Shown: piece by piece, positions 43,201 to 54,803 of the stretch
Position numbering within the stretch: the first letter of the stretch is position 1
Layout: the number at the start of each line of letters is the position of its first letter
Source of the DNA: Terriglobia bacterium
GTDB taxonomy: Bacteria > Acidobacteriota > Terriglobia > 20CM-2-55-15
Length of the DNA stretch: 64,000 bases
Direction of reading: 5' to 3'
Assembly (NCBI GenBank): GCA_965198225.1
Contig: CBDAOY010000008.1
Span: 320,001-384,000, forward strand
Notes under the pieces: generated by a model
Told to the model about the DNA's origin: nothing
The model's input: only the letters and a program-made list of their open reading frames with translations
Databases searched by the model: none
Made by a program: the position numbers and the translations under genes

Positions 43201-44307
43201 ATGGCCAGCAACCTCTATCTCATTCTCGGAGTCGGGAACGGCGCCACCGTCGCGGACATCAAGAAAGCATACCGGAAGCTTGCCCGCCGGTGCCATCCCG
43301 ACATCAACCCGGGGGACCGAGCGGCCGAGGATTTGTTCAAGCGAATCTCCGAGGCCTATGAGGTTTTGAGCGATCCCGACAAACGTGGTTTCTACGACCA
43401 GAACGGTTATTACACCGAGGGTGTGCTGGAGCCCGCAACCGGATCACAGTGGGATTTCAGGTTTGATGGTTTTGCATCCGCCGCTTCCGAGGGAGGGGGT
43501 TTCGGCGACCTCTTCGGGCAGTTCCTGAATCGGGCGCCGGCTTCGTCCGACGACGGAGCCGGCGGGGACCTGGAATGCCAGGTGTCGCTCACTTTTGAAG
43601 AGTCCATGAATGGCGTCGAGACATGGGTCAGCGTTTACAGGAAGAAGTCCTGCGCGCGATGCGAAGGATCGGGCCGGGCGCTCGGGGAGAGTGAGGGGAC
43701 CTGCCGCAGCTGCCGCGGCTCCGGCGAACTGATCAAGGCGAAGGGTCGCCTCCGATTCTCGCTGACGTGTCCCTCCTGCCAGGGGCTGGGAAGAGTCGCG
43801 GTGGCCTGCTCGGCCTGTGGTGGAGACGGGCGTGTCGCCCGGAGCGAGCGTGTCTCGGTGAACATCTCTCCGGGAGTGAGCACGGGTTCGCGAGTGCGTT
43901 TTCCGGGCAAGGGACATGCCGGCAGAGCGATGCAACCCCCGGGCGATCTTTTCGTTGTCACCAACGTGGAGCATCATCCGTACTTCAATCGCGTGGGCGA
44001 CAACATTTGCTGCACGGTGCCTGTCACTCTCACCGAAGCCGCGCTCGGTGCGAAGATCGAAGTTCCAACGATCGACGGTCGGTCCGTGTTGAAGATTCCG
44101 CCCGGTACGCAGAGCGGCCAGACTCTTCGAATGCGCGGCAAGGGTGCCCCGTCGTTGCGGGGGAACGGCGTGCGAGGCGATCAATACGTCGAAGTGAGAC
44201 TCCGGACGCCGCGAATTGCCGACGAGCGTTCCAAGGAGATACTCCGGGAACTGGCTCGCCTGAACCCGGAAGATCTACGGAAAGATCTGGAAGTCTATGA
44301 CAGTTAG
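43201..44307 (+). CDS. dnaJ: Chaperone DnaJ
   Basis: J domain with HPD, four CxxCxGxG repeats, C-terminal EAALGAKIEVPT. Confidence 0.96.
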   Translation: MASNLYLILGVGNGATVADIKKAYRKLARRCHPDINPGDRAAEDLFKRISEAYEVLSDPDKRGFYDQNGYYTEGVLEPATGSQWDFRFDGFASAASEGGGFGDLFGQFLNRAPASSDDGAGGDLECQVSLTFEESMNGVETWVSVYRKKSCARCEGSGRALGESEGTCRSCRGSGELIKAKGRLRFSLTCPSCQGLGRVAVACSACGGDGRVARSERVSVNISPGVSTGSRVRFPGKGHAGRAMQPPGDLFVVTNVEHHPYFNRVGDNICCTVPVTLTEAALGAKIEVPTIDGRSVLKIPPGTQSGQTLRMRGKGAPSLRGNGVRGDQYVEVRLRTPRIADERSKEILRELARLNPEDLRKDLEVYDS

Positions 44308-44698
44308 GAAGAAGGCCAAAGCTGCCCACATGATCAGCGCAGTGGCCGAAACCTACGGCATCCATCCGCAGACGTTGCGGCTCTATGAGAGGGAAGGCCT
44401 GCTGAAGCCCTCCCGTTCGGAAGGCAACACCAGGCTCTACACCGCGGAAGATCTCGAGCGGCTCGAGCTGATTCTGAGTTTGACGCGGGACTTAGGCGTG
44501 AACCTGGCCGGTGTCGAGGTCGTCCTCAACATGCGGCAGCGGATCGAAGAAATGAAGACCGAGATGGCGGAGTTCGTAAAGTACGTCGAAGACGAGATCG
44601 TCAACCGATCTCCCGAGATGAACAGGAAAATACAGCATGCACTCGTACGCGTCCGACCGGCGCACGTCGTGCCGGTCAAAGACGGGAAGGAATCATGA
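44297..44698 (+). CDS. hspR: HspR (MerR-family heat-shock repressor)
   Basis: ISAVAETYGIHPQTLRLYEREGLLKPSRSEGNTRLY, DLGVNLAGV; directly after dnaJ. Confidence 0.92.
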   Translation: MTVRKKAKAAHMISAVAETYGIHPQTLRLYEREGLLKPSRSEGNTRLYTAEDLERLELILSLTRDLGVNLAGVEVVLNMRQRIEEMKTEMAEFVKYVEDEIVNRSPEMNRKIQHALVRVRPAHVVPVKDGKES

Positions 44699-45549
44699 AT
44701 CGCCTGGACAACGAACGAGCTACTCGACACGACAACCTTCGGGCGTACTTGCGTGACATTGCCAGGTTTCCTCAGCTGAGTCCCGTAGAGGAGAAGGACG
44801 TCGCCCTGAAGGTCCGGGCCGGCGATGAGGAGGCCTTCCGAATGCTGATCGAGGCCAACCTGCGATTCGTCGTGTCGATGGCGAAGAAATACGCGCGGTC
44901 GGGCTATCCCATGCACGAGTTGATCAACGAAGGCAATCTCGGTTTAATCGAGGCCGCCCGCCGCTTCGATCCGGACCGGGACGTTCGGTTCATCACCTAT
45001 GCCAGCTGGTGGGTCCGACAGGCGATTCTGGCGGCGATTGCCCACTACGGTCAGGCGTTCAGCATTCCACCGAAGCTGAAACACGAGGTTTATAGGTTCG
45101 AGACAAAGGTCGGGCGCCTCACCCAGGAGCTGGGACACCGCCCGACGCTCGAGGAGATTGCAGAAAACCTCGACATCGAAGAAGCCGAAGCGGAGGCTCT
45201 GATGGGCGCCATTCCGAAGGAAGTGTCCTTGAACGCCCCGATCGGCCACGACAGCGGGATCGAGCTGGAAGACCTGATCAAAGACTCGTCGATCGCGCCG
45301 ATCGACACGGCACTGATCGCCCAATCCTTCGAGCGAGAACTCTACGAACTGTTGGACCATCTCGATCGGAAAGAGCGGTTCATCGTGGAACGACGCTTCG
45401 GGCTGTACGATCGGAGGCCACAGACTTTAGCCGAAGTCGGCGAGGAGTTGAATCTGTCCCGGGAACGAATCCGCCAGCTCGAGCAGCGCGCCCTGGCCAA
45501 ACTCCGCCGCTCCCAGCGCGCCAAACAGCTGATGGGCTACCTGAACTAG
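44695..45549 (+). CDS. Alternative sigma70-family factor (regions 1.2-4, no region 1.1)
   Basis: YLRDI, ANLRFVV, EGNLGLIEAARRFDP, YASWWVRQAI, TLAEVG..LSRERIRQLE. Confidence 0.95.
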   Translation: MNRLDNERATRHDNLRAYLRDIARFPQLSPVEEKDVALKVRAGDEEAFRMLIEANLRFVVSMAKKYARSGYPMHELINEGNLGLIEAARRFDPDRDVRFITYASWWVRQAILAAIAHYGQAFSIPPKLKHEVYRFETKVGRLTQELGHRPTLEEIAENLDIEEAEAEALMGAIPKEVSLNAPIGHDSGIELEDLIKDSSIAPIDTALIAQSFERELYELLDHLDRKERFIVERRFGLYDRRPQTLAEVGEELNLSRERIRQLEQRALAKLRRSQRAKQLMGYLN

Positions 45550-45570
45550 AACTGCCGGTCGCTCGTATCG

Positions 45571-45747
45571 AATAACAAATCTAACAATCTGCAATCTCCA
45601 ATTTCCAATGCGGATTTGTCCATTGAGCAATTTGCGATGGGTTCCTTCTTTTTTCGCCCCACCAAAGAAAGTCGGGTCCTATCGCAGATTGCGTTATCTG
45701 AGCAATCCGCATTGCAAGTTGCTCATTGGAAGTTGCTTCATTTCAAA
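45571..45747 (+). repeat. ~177-bp AT-rich palindromic element, family C, copy 1
   Basis: aataacaaat...aatctgc aatctcc aatttcc aatgcggatttgtccattga...atcgca...ttgctcattgga; recurs at 50788 and 54804. Confidence 0.9.
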
Positions 45748-45835
45748 CACACGTCGGCTCTCTCACGGACCCACTTGCTTTACGGGGTGTTTGCTCAAGC
45801 AGAAGAGTTCCGGAACGAAATGTTAGAATCGACTG

Positions 45836-46576
45836 ATGACCCAAGCGGTGTGTCCGGAGTGTCAGGGGACGGGCTGGAGACCGGTCGAAAAGGACAGGGT
45901 TTCCGGTGTCGAACGGTGTGACTGCACCAAGCGGGTTCGGGCGGATCGTTTGCTTGAAAGCGCCCTGATTCCGCTGCGGTACGCGCATTGTGAGCTGGAC
46001 AATTTCGAGCTCATCCGGTCGAACCAGAAGATCGCGGCGGCCAAGGTCGTGGCCGAGAAGTTCGTCCAGGAATATCCGATGTCGCCTCCGTTCGGCTTGC
46101 TGTTCATGGGGCCGCAGGGAGTGGGCAAGACCCATCTGGCTGTCGGTATACTGAAGCGCCTCATCCGCGAGAAGTCGGTCGCCGGGCTCTTCCGGGCGTT
46201 TCCGGAACTCCTGAAGGATATCCAGAATTCCTGGAATCCGATCTCGCAAGCCTCCGAACTGTCCCTGTTGGCGGCTGTCCTGGAAACCGAGGTCCTTGTT
46301 CTCGACGAACTGGGAGCCCAGAATCCTACGTCATGGGTGAGGGACACGCTGGCCTACGTTCTCAATCATCGTTACAACGAGAACCGCGTGACTCTGCTGA
46401 CCACCAACTATTTCGATGAGCGCGATCGTTCCGAGCCGCGGCGCGGTGTCGCCGACAGCCTCGTCGATCGTATTGGAGCTCCCCTGAGGTCAAGACTCTT
46501 TGAGATGTGCAAGACACAGGAAATGACGGGCAAGGACTTTCGTAGAGAAGTGAAGCAGGCGGAGCATCACTTTTGA
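45836..46576 (+). CDS. DnaC/IstB-like AAA+ ATPase with N-terminal Zn site
   Basis: CPECQG...RCDC, GPQGVGKTHLA, LVLDELG, TTN, RSRLFEMC. Confidence 0.9.
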   Translation: MTQAVCPECQGTGWRPVEKDRVSGVERCDCTKRVRADRLLESALIPLRYAHCELDNFELIRSNQKIAAAKVVAEKFVQEYPMSPPFGLLFMGPQGVGKTHLAVGILKRLIREKSVAGLFRAFPELLKDIQNSWNPISQASELSLLAAVLETEVLVLDELGAQNPTSWVRDTLAYVLNHRYNENRVTLLTTNYFDERDRSEPRRGVADSLVDRIGAPLRSRLFEMCKTQEMTGKDFRREVKQAEHHF

Positions 46577-46599
46577 GTCGCACCGGCTTCGATTCCAGG

Positions 46600-48204
46600 A
46601 TGAAGATTCGCTCACGGTTGCGCGCTGCGACGGCGCTCCTGGTTTTTGGGGGACTCGCGAGCAGCCTCCCGGGTCAGTCGCCAGCCACAGGACTGGCTTC
46701 GATCCGGGCGGATGAGATCCGGTCCAAACTGTCCTACCTGGCCTCGGACAATTTTCGAGGACGTGGCAACGGCACCTCCGAACTGGACGCCGCCGCCCGC
46801 TACATCGCCGGGATCTTCGAGGAGAACGGCCTGGTCCCTGCCGAAGGCGCGGATTACTTCCAGGAATTCATCGTCGAACGCCTGAGTCTTGGCGAAGGCA
46901 ATACGCTGGTCACATCGGATGGACCGTTCAGGGTGGGCCGGGACTTTGTGCCCTACTCGGGTTCCGCTGACGGGAGGGTCCGGGCTCCGATCGTGTTCGC
47001 CGGTTACGGCGTCCAGGCCCCCGAGATCGGGTATGACGATCTGGCAGCGCCCGACGTGTCCGGGCACATCGTCGTCGCTCTCGACGGGTATCCCCGCGCT
47101 GGACGGTCCGACAGCCCGTTCCACGAACTCTCCCCAACCGACTTCACGAGCATTCGAACCAAGGCGCTCAACGTGGAACGCGGCGGAGGTGTGGGGCTGA
47201 TCATCGTGCAGGGCCCACTGAGCCGCAACGTCCTGCCCGTGGGCTACATGGCCGACGGTCTGAAGCCGGATCTTTCACCTCGACGCAGCATCATGGAGCT
47301 TGCCGTAGGGAGTGATGATCCCAAGATTCCGATCGTGATCGTTTCCCAGCACGTGGCGCCGCGGATCGTGCCCGGATTGCGCCCGATTCAACAGTCGATC
47401 GACGAGAGCCTCGAGTCACGATTCATGAGGCTTTCCGGCCCGGCAACGCTCGCGGTTGATCTCCGACGGGAGGCGTACACCGCGCGGAACGTCATCGGTC
47501 TGATCGAGGGATCCGACCCCGAGTTCCAGGACGAGATCCTGGTGGCTGCTGCTCACTATGACCACGACGGCGCCGAGGCCGGGCGGATCTGGAACGGGGC
47601 CGACGACGATGGTTCCGGCACGACGGCGCTTCTGGAACTGGCAGAGGCCTTCGGTAAGGGCGGCGCTCGGCCGGCGCGAAGCGTGTTGCTCGCGGCGTGG
47701 GCGGCCGAGGAGAAAGGGTTGCTGGGGAGCCGCTATTACGTCAGCGACCCACCCGTGCCGCTGGCCGACACCCTCGCGGTATTCCAGATGGACATGATCG
47801 GCCGGAACGAGGACCACGGTGCCGACAGCGACAACGGTGAAGTTCGGGAGCGGGCGACGGAGAACGAGAACACCCTGAACTTGATCGGGAGCGTTTTCAG
47901 CCCGGACCTGGCAGAGCGCGTCGCGCGGGCCAACTCTGAGGTAGGGTTGGAGCTTCGCTTTCGTTACGATTACCGCGACGACGATCTGATCAAACGCAGC
48001 GACAGCTGGTCGTTCCTTTCCAGGAGAGTTCCGGCACTGTTTCTTTTTGCCGGATTCCATCCGGACTACCACCGGACCAGTGATACCGCCGACAAGATCA
48101 ACTATCCTAAGCTCGAGAAGGTCGTGAAGCTCGTCTACCTGGCGATCACCGACTTGGGGAACGCCCGAGGGCGGCCCCGGTTTGCGGATCCTTCCCGACA
48201 GTGA
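46600..48204 (+). CDS. Secreted M28 family peptidase with PA domain
   Basis: Signal peptide; FAGYG (PA), AHYDH, NGADDDGSG, AEEKG, DMIGR, DYHRTSD. Confidence 0.93.
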   Translation: MKIRSRLRAATALLVFGGLASSLPGQSPATGLASIRADEIRSKLSYLASDNFRGRGNGTSELDAAARYIAGIFEENGLVPAEGADYFQEFIVERLSLGEGNTLVTSDGPFRVGRDFVPYSGSADGRVRAPIVFAGYGVQAPEIGYDDLAAPDVSGHIVVALDGYPRAGRSDSPFHELSPTDFTSIRTKALNVERGGGVGLIIVQGPLSRNVLPVGYMADGLKPDLSPRRSIMELAVGSDDPKIPIVIVSQHVAPRIVPGLRPIQQSIDESLESRFMRLSGPATLAVDLRREAYTARNVIGLIEGSDPEFQDEILVAAAHYDHDGAEAGRIWNGADDDGSGTTALLELAEAFGKGGARPARSVLLAAWAAEEKGLLGSRYYVSDPPVPLADTLAVFQMDMIGRNEDHGADSDNGEVRERATENENTLNLIGSVFSPDLAERVARANSEVGLELRFRYDYRDDDLIKRSDSWSFLSRRVPALFLFAGFHPDYHRTSDTADKINYPKLEKVVKLVYLAITDLGNARGRPRFADPSRQ

Positions 48205-48216
48205 GGTCCCAACCCT

Positions 48217-48528
48217 ATGAGTATGCGAGACGAAATGCGCCAACTCGGCTACAGCAAGGAAGATGAGTATTTCTTCAAGAAGGATCAGGAACTGCTCGAG
48301 CAGATGCGGGAGCGGGCCGTCGAACGGAAGAGGGAACTTGCCGAGAAGCATAAAGGAAAGGCTTACTGGATGACGTGCCCAAAATGCGGGTCGGAATTGC
48401 AGGAAGAGCGCTACCACGACCTTGTCAACATCGATCGCTGCACGGGATGTTCCGGGCTTTATCTGGACCACGGTGAGCTGGCAATCGTCCTCAAGGCGCA
48501 GCTGAACCGATTCCTTGGCGAAGATTGA
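48217..48528 (+). CDS. Small zinc-ribbon (zf-TFIIB-like) protein
   Basis: KEDEYF charged helix, then CPKCG...IDRCTGCSGLYLDHGEL. Confidence 0.88.
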   Translation: MSMRDEMRQLGYSKEDEYFFKKDQELLEQMRERAVERKRELAEKHKGKAYWMTCPKCGSELQEERYHDLVNIDRCTGCSGLYLDHGELAIVLKAQLNRFLGED

Positions 48529-48633
48529 GCCCGCCGCCAGTCACCAGCCCGGTCCTTCGCTCCCCGGTCCCATGCTGCCTGACTGCTTACCGGTTTGTTT
48601 TCAGCCGCCTGTCTCCAGTTTTCCGGCCGGCTA

Positions 48634-48689
48634 TTGACACCGGGAAACAGCATCCCCTATTATTAGCACTCGACCCTAGTGAGTGCTAA
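48634..48689 (+). promoter_or_regulatory. groESL promoter with perfect CIRCE (HrcA operator)
   Basis: TTGACA 48634, TATTAT 48658; TTAGCACTC-gaccctagt-GAGTGCTAA at 48663-48689. Confidence 0.95.
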
Positions 48690-48731
48690 TTCGCAGACGC
48701 AATCTTCTTAAAATCGAGGAGAATAGACAAC

Positions 48732-50698
<1,967 letters not shown>

Positions 50699-50723
50699 GT
50701 CGGACTCGATTCGACTGACGAGC

Positions 50724-50763
50724 AAAAAAAGGCTCCCTTCCCACGAGGAAGGGAGCCTTTTTT
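50724..50763. terminator. Bidirectional intrinsic terminator after groEL
   Basis: AAAAAAAGGCTCCCTTCC-cacga-GGAAGGGAGCCTTTTTT. Confidence 0.93.
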
Positions 50764-50787
50764 AATAGGATTCCGCGGTCTTGCAAA

Positions 50788-50962
50788 TTTGAAATGAAGC
50801 AATTTCCAATGAGCAACTTGCGATGCGGATTATTCAAATATCGCAATTTGCAATAGGCAGGAGGGTTGTCTGTCGGCAGGACGAGACCCATCTATCGCAA
50901 ATTGGTTATCGAACGAATCCGCATTGGAGGTTTGGAGATTGCAAATTGCTCGATTTCTTATT
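50788..50962 (-). repeat. Family C element, copy 2 (inverted)
   Basis: tttgaaatgaagcaatttccaatgagcaacttg is near-exact reverse complement of 45716-45747. Confidence 0.85.
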
Positions 50963-51008
50963 GGCTGGAATCTTCGAGCAGTTCTGATGGGCAGCTCACA
51001 GCTCTTCT

Positions 51009-52028
51009 TTACGGTAGGTCCTCGGTCAAACCTTCCGCATAGGCGAACAGAGCGGGAACCCCGCCGGTATGAACGAAGACGACCGTGTCTTCTCCAGTGA
51101 GTTGTCCCTCGCGTGCGTGAGCGATCATCCCCGCCGCGGCCTTTCCCGTGTAGACCGGATCGAGCAGGATGCCTTCTGTTCTCGCCACCACCAGGATGGC
51201 TTCGCGGCACGCGTCGGTCATCACACCGTATCCGTCGCCCACGAATCGGCCGTCCATCTCGAAACGCCCCTGATGCTGGGTTTCCAGCAGATCGGCCGTT
51301 TCCCGAATCCACTGCCGGGCCATCTCCACCGCAGGCGGTCCGGTTCTGTTCACGTTGATTCCGACCGTTCGGATCGACCGCCCGACCAGGGCCATCCCCA
51401 GCGCCAGCGCCGCAAGATTTCCTCCTGTGCCGGACGTTACGTAAATCGCGGTGGGATCGACGCCGGCCTCTTCGAACTGCTGATCCAGCTCCAGCGCGCA
51501 GCGGATGTACCCCAGGCAGGCCAGAGTCGTCGTTCCGCTCAGGGGAATCAGGTATGGTTTGCGTCCTTCTCCGCGGAGGCGATCGCACTCGGCTTCCATC
51601 AGGGGCGTCAGTAGCCAGTGGTCGTTGTCGGCCACCGTCTTGAAATGGATTTCGGCCCCGAACAACCGACTAAGGAGGAGGTTGCCGGTGTTCTGCTGAT
51701 GCTCGTCGGCGGTGCAGAGAGCCACCGGATGGAGTCCGAGCTTGTTCGACGCTGCTGCGGTCAGGCGGACGTGGTTCGATTGCGAGCTGCCACCCGTAAC
51801 GATCGTGTCCGCTCCGGAGCGGATGGCATCGGCGAGCAGGTACTCGAGCTTGCGGGGCTTGTCGCCTCCCAAGGCCAATCCGGTCAGATCGTCACGCTTG
51901 ATGTAGATCCTGGGTCCGTCGAGCTTGCGGCTCAGGTTGCCGGCAAATTCAAGCGGCGTGGGCAACGCCGCGAGTGCCTCGCGTGGGAATCGGTCGTCGA
52001 GATACGTCAGCCAATCTTGTCGAGTCAT
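51009..52028 (-). CDS. D-cysteine desulfhydrase family PLP enzyme
   Basis: IKRDDLTG, GGDKPRKLEY (PLP Lys), QSNH, LDPVYTGKA, HTGG. Confidence 0.88.
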   Translation of the reverse strand: MTRQDWLTYLDDRFPREALAALPTPLEFAGNLSRKLDGPRIYIKRDDLTGLALGGDKPRKLEYLLADAIRSGADTIVTGGSSQSNHVRLTAAASNKLGLHPVALCTADEHQQNTGNLLLSRLFGAEIHFKTVADNDHWLLTPLMEAECDRLRGEGRKPYLIPLSGTTTLACLGYIRCALELDQQFEEAGVDPTAIYVTSGTGGNLAALALGMALVGRSIRTVGINVNRTGPPAVEMARQWIRETADLLETQHQGRFEMDGRFVGDGYGVMTDACREAILVVARTEGILLDPVYTGKAAAGMIAHAREGQLTGEDTVVFVHTGGVPALFAYAEGLTEDLP

Positions 52029-52042
52029 AAGACCGCCAAAAA

Positions 52043-52222
52043 GTAGGTGCGATCTATGACCGGAACCATCCATTAGCGTCGGGCCCACCGTCCCCCTCGC
52101 AACGATGGTTTGAGCGTTCAAACACCAATCGCCGTGCGTGGATTTGCTGAGAAAGACAGCTGGTCCGGTCCCCCCACGCCTTCCTTGAACCGAAACAGTG
52201 TGCGGTCATGGACCGCACCTAC
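52043..52222. repeat. GTAG-type REPIN-like element, family E, copy 1
   Basis: GTAGGTGCG.TCTATGACCG ... TGCGGTCAT.GACCGCACCTAC; spacer conserved with 63732-63912. Confidence 0.9.
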
Positions 52223-52351
52223 ACCTCGTTCATGGACACGCCCGTCGAAGGGGCTGTCCCCCCCTAGAAAGGCTGTCTTGGAGAAGGATGGTCATGAAAA
52301 GCACCTACGCGGGGAACATGATAAACGGGCGGAGTGTCGGTATCGGTCCGT

Positions 52352-53257
52352 TCAGGCGGCCTTGAAAAACTTGTCGAAGATCTTTCGGAAAAGGCTCTGC
52401 GGGCCCTGGTTGGGTTTTTCCTCGCCGAACGCAGCGTACTCGGCCACCTTCTTCTCGGCCGTAGCTGCAGGCTTCGGTGCGACAGGCTCCGGGTCAACGG
52501 CCTTCTTGTCGAGATCTGTGGGTTTGGTTGACAGGGGTTCCGCTGCGGTTGGAGGTGGGGGCGGAGGCAGCCGTCTGGGGACGAGCTCCAGGGCTTCACG
52601 GTAGCATTCGCTGACGTCGCGGAAGGTGGCTTCCACCCGTTTCTTGAGAACGGCGTCGGGCGTGTTGTGCCAGCGATCCGGATGGAATTGCCGCGCTTTC
52701 TTCCTGTAGGCCCGCTTGATTTCCGTCGCTGTCGCCGTCCGAGTGACGCCGAGGACCTGCCAATAATCTCCCCGTTCGGTCGCGCTGCGTATTTCGGCGA
52801 TTTCCTCCTCGACTGTTTTCGGAGCAGGAGGTTCCAGGGTGACGACGCCCGACACGGCGAATCGCATCAAACGTCTGAGACGTCCCTCACCTTTGTCTCG
52901 ATGGTCCTGAACCACGGTGTTGTGAATGTCGGGGTCCTGGGGGAACAGAATCGTCCACTCTTGGTAGGGCTTCCATACCTTCTGCAGGGATTCGGCGTCG
53001 ATTGATTCCATCGCTTCGATCAGGAGCGCGGCACCACTCTGGTGCTCGTCAGGGGCCGGCACGGTCATCGTGCGGAAACTGAAGTCGAGGGATTCTTCCT
53101 TGAAGCATGGAAAGAAGATCTGATCCGAAGTCACGATAGTGCCATCGGAGAAGTCAACGGAGGTCAAATGATCCGGGAACGTGATGTCCAACCGGCCTGT
53201 GGAGCGGTCGACGATCAGTTGACGGACCTCGCGGGCCAGTTCCAGGACAGTTGCCAT
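52352..53257 (-). CDS. J-domain protein with uncharacterised N-terminal domain and Pro-rich tail
   Basis: DYWQVLGV...EIKRAYRKKARQFHPDR. Confidence 0.88.
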   Translation of the reverse strand: MATVLELAREVRQLIVDRSTGRLDITFPDHLTSVDFSDGTIVTSDQIFFPCFKEESLDFSFRTMTVPAPDEHQSGAALLIEAMESIDAESLQKVWKPYQEWTILFPQDPDIHNTVVQDHRDKGEGRLRRLMRFAVSGVVTLEPPAPKTVEEEIAEIRSATERGDYWQVLGVTRTATATEIKRAYRKKARQFHPDRWHNTPDAVLKKRVEATFRDVSECYREALELVPRRLPPPPPPTAAEPLSTKPTDLDKKAVDPEPVAPKPAATAEKKVAEYAAFGEEKPNQGPQSLFRKIFDKFFKAA

Positions 53258-53375
53258 ACCTTCCTATCGGCTGCAAAGCGCTGTAACGACAGCCCTAGAT
53301 GCGAGTTTTGCGGGGTTTGGCGGGGTCGGGACGAGTCTCGCGAATCGGCAGTCGGGCGACGGTTTGTGGAACCCC

Positions 53376-54356
53376 TCAGTCGCCGTAAACGCCTTCTAGT
53401 GCTGACTTTCCGTCGGGCTCCGGGCTCGACAGCGCTATCTCCAGCTCTTTGGCGAGGATCACGCGGACCCGATCTTCGGTCTCGACCCGATCCGCGTCGG
53501 TCAGAAGGCCGGCAGCTTCGAGCCGGCTCTCGTACCGCAGAATGGGGTCGCGCTTTTCCCAGCTCTCGATCTCACCTTCGGGGACGTACCAGCTGCTGTC
53601 CGCGTCGGAGTGGCCTCCTACTCGCATGGTCCTCGCCTCGATGATCGAGGGACCATCTCCCCGCCGTGCGCGCTCCAGGGCCTCCCGGGTGCGCGAGTAC
53701 ACGGCGAGCAAATCGTTGCCATCGACCTGGGACCCCGGTATGCCGTAGCAGCGGGCTTTCAACGAGAGATCGTCGATCGCAGCCTGCCGAGATACAGGTG
53801 TGGAGTAGGCGTAACCGTTGTTCTCGATGATCAACACCATCGGTAGCTTGAGCACCGAGACCATGTTCATACCTTCGTGAAAGTCGCCGGTGCTGACCGC
53901 TCCATCACCAAGGTAGGTCAGTGCGACCGCGTCCCTTCCCATCGAACGGTTCGCCAGGGCGACCCCGGCCATTACGGGAATCATGTCCCCCAGGATGCTC
54001 AAGGATGCGACAAGTCCCTTGCTGAGGTCGCCGAAGTAGTGGATCCGCTCCTTGCCGCCTGTGGGGCTCGTGGCCTTTCCCATGTATTGAGTGAAAACAT
54101 CCCGCGGCGGTATTCCCCGAACCAGCATCGTCCCGAGGTTGCGCGTGATCGGACTGACCACGTCTCTCGGACCCAGGGCGTATGCGCTGCCGACCGAGAT
54201 CGCTTCCTGTCCCCGGCTCGTGAAAACGGTCGCGGTGATCGTTCCCTGTTTGTACAGGGCGGTCAGCCTTTCTTCGAGACCCCGGTTCAGCTTCAGAAAG
54301 TAATAGAGGCGCCGAAGGTCTTTCTCTTTCAGCGGTTCTGGGATTTCCATCGTCAT
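53376..54356 (-). CDS. TPP-dependent 2-oxoacid dehydrogenase E1 alpha subunit
   Basis: GQEA, GDGAVSTGDFHEGMN...ENN, GHS, DPILR; the 54608 start of the ORF track overlaps a divergent gene. Confidence 0.92.
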   Translation of the reverse strand: MTMEIPEPLKEKDLRRLYYFLKLNRGLEERLTALYKQGTITATVFTSRGQEAISVGSAYALGPRDVVSPITRNLGTMLVRGIPPRDVFTQYMGKATSPTGGKERIHYFGDLSKGLVASLSILGDMIPVMAGVALANRSMGRDAVALTYLGDGAVSTGDFHEGMNMVSVLKLPMVLIIENNGYAYSTPVSRQAAIDDLSLKARCYGIPGSQVDGNDLLAVYSRTREALERARRGDGPSIIEARTMRVGGHSDADSSWYVPEGEIESWEKRDPILRYESRLEAAGLLTDADRVETEDRVRVILAKELEIALSSPEPDGKSALEGVYGD

Positions 54357-54422
54357 TTTCTCGTGGGCAGACATCGGTCGAATGGACCGGATCTGTCCAG
54401 TCCGCATCCGAGGATATTTTAG

Positions 54423-54746
54423 ATGGCTAAGAGCGACACGCAAATGCGTTCTCTGTTTGAGTCCGTCGAACCGCATGCCGGGACCGACGCGCCCCGCCCC
54501 TCGAGCAGTTCGAAGCTCGCGCGTAGTTTCGTCCGGTGGTGCTGCAGTTTCGGCGAGGAGTTCCGAAACAGCCCCGACGAGGGGAACCTGCGTGCCTGGG
54601 CGGGGCAAGAAGGCTTTCGCTGCAAGTCGGACCAGGAAAAACAGATCCTGACATCCGCCAGAGAGCTTTATCTCAAGCGCATCGTGTCGACGCTCAGCAA
54701 GACCCGGGGTGAGGACGTCGCCCCCGAGCCTCCGCTCGCGAACTGA
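54423..54746 (+). CDS. Hypothetical protein (107 aa)
   Basis: GAGGA upstream of ATG; fills the gap divergent from E1 alpha; protein-like helical composition; no recognised motif. Confidence 0.6.
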   Translation: MAKSDTQMRSLFESVEPHAGTDAPRPSSSSKLARSFVRWCCSFGEEFRNSPDEGNLRAWAGQEGFRCKSDQEKQILTSARELYLKRIVSTLSKTRGEDVAPEPPLAN

Positions 54747-54803
54747 TCAATTCCTCGGCCGTGCCGGCTCTTCTGTTCAGCGGATCCCCGCGGAGCTCCT
54801 ACA

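Noticed and set aside
44695-45549. rpoH or primary rpoD
   Set aside because: No RpoH box (QxxLFFNLR) and no region 1.1; left without a gene symbol
45836-46576. IS21 IstB or prophage replication module
   Set aside because: No IstA, terminal repeats, integrase or phage genes nearby
51009-52028. ACC deaminase (acdS)
   Set aside because: Has DPVYT and HTGG rather than the DPVYE and HLGG residues diagnostic of true ACC deaminases
54357-54608. N-terminal extension of E1 alpha in the ORF track
   Set aside because: Non-homologous-looking sequence that overlaps a plausible divergent gene with its own RBS
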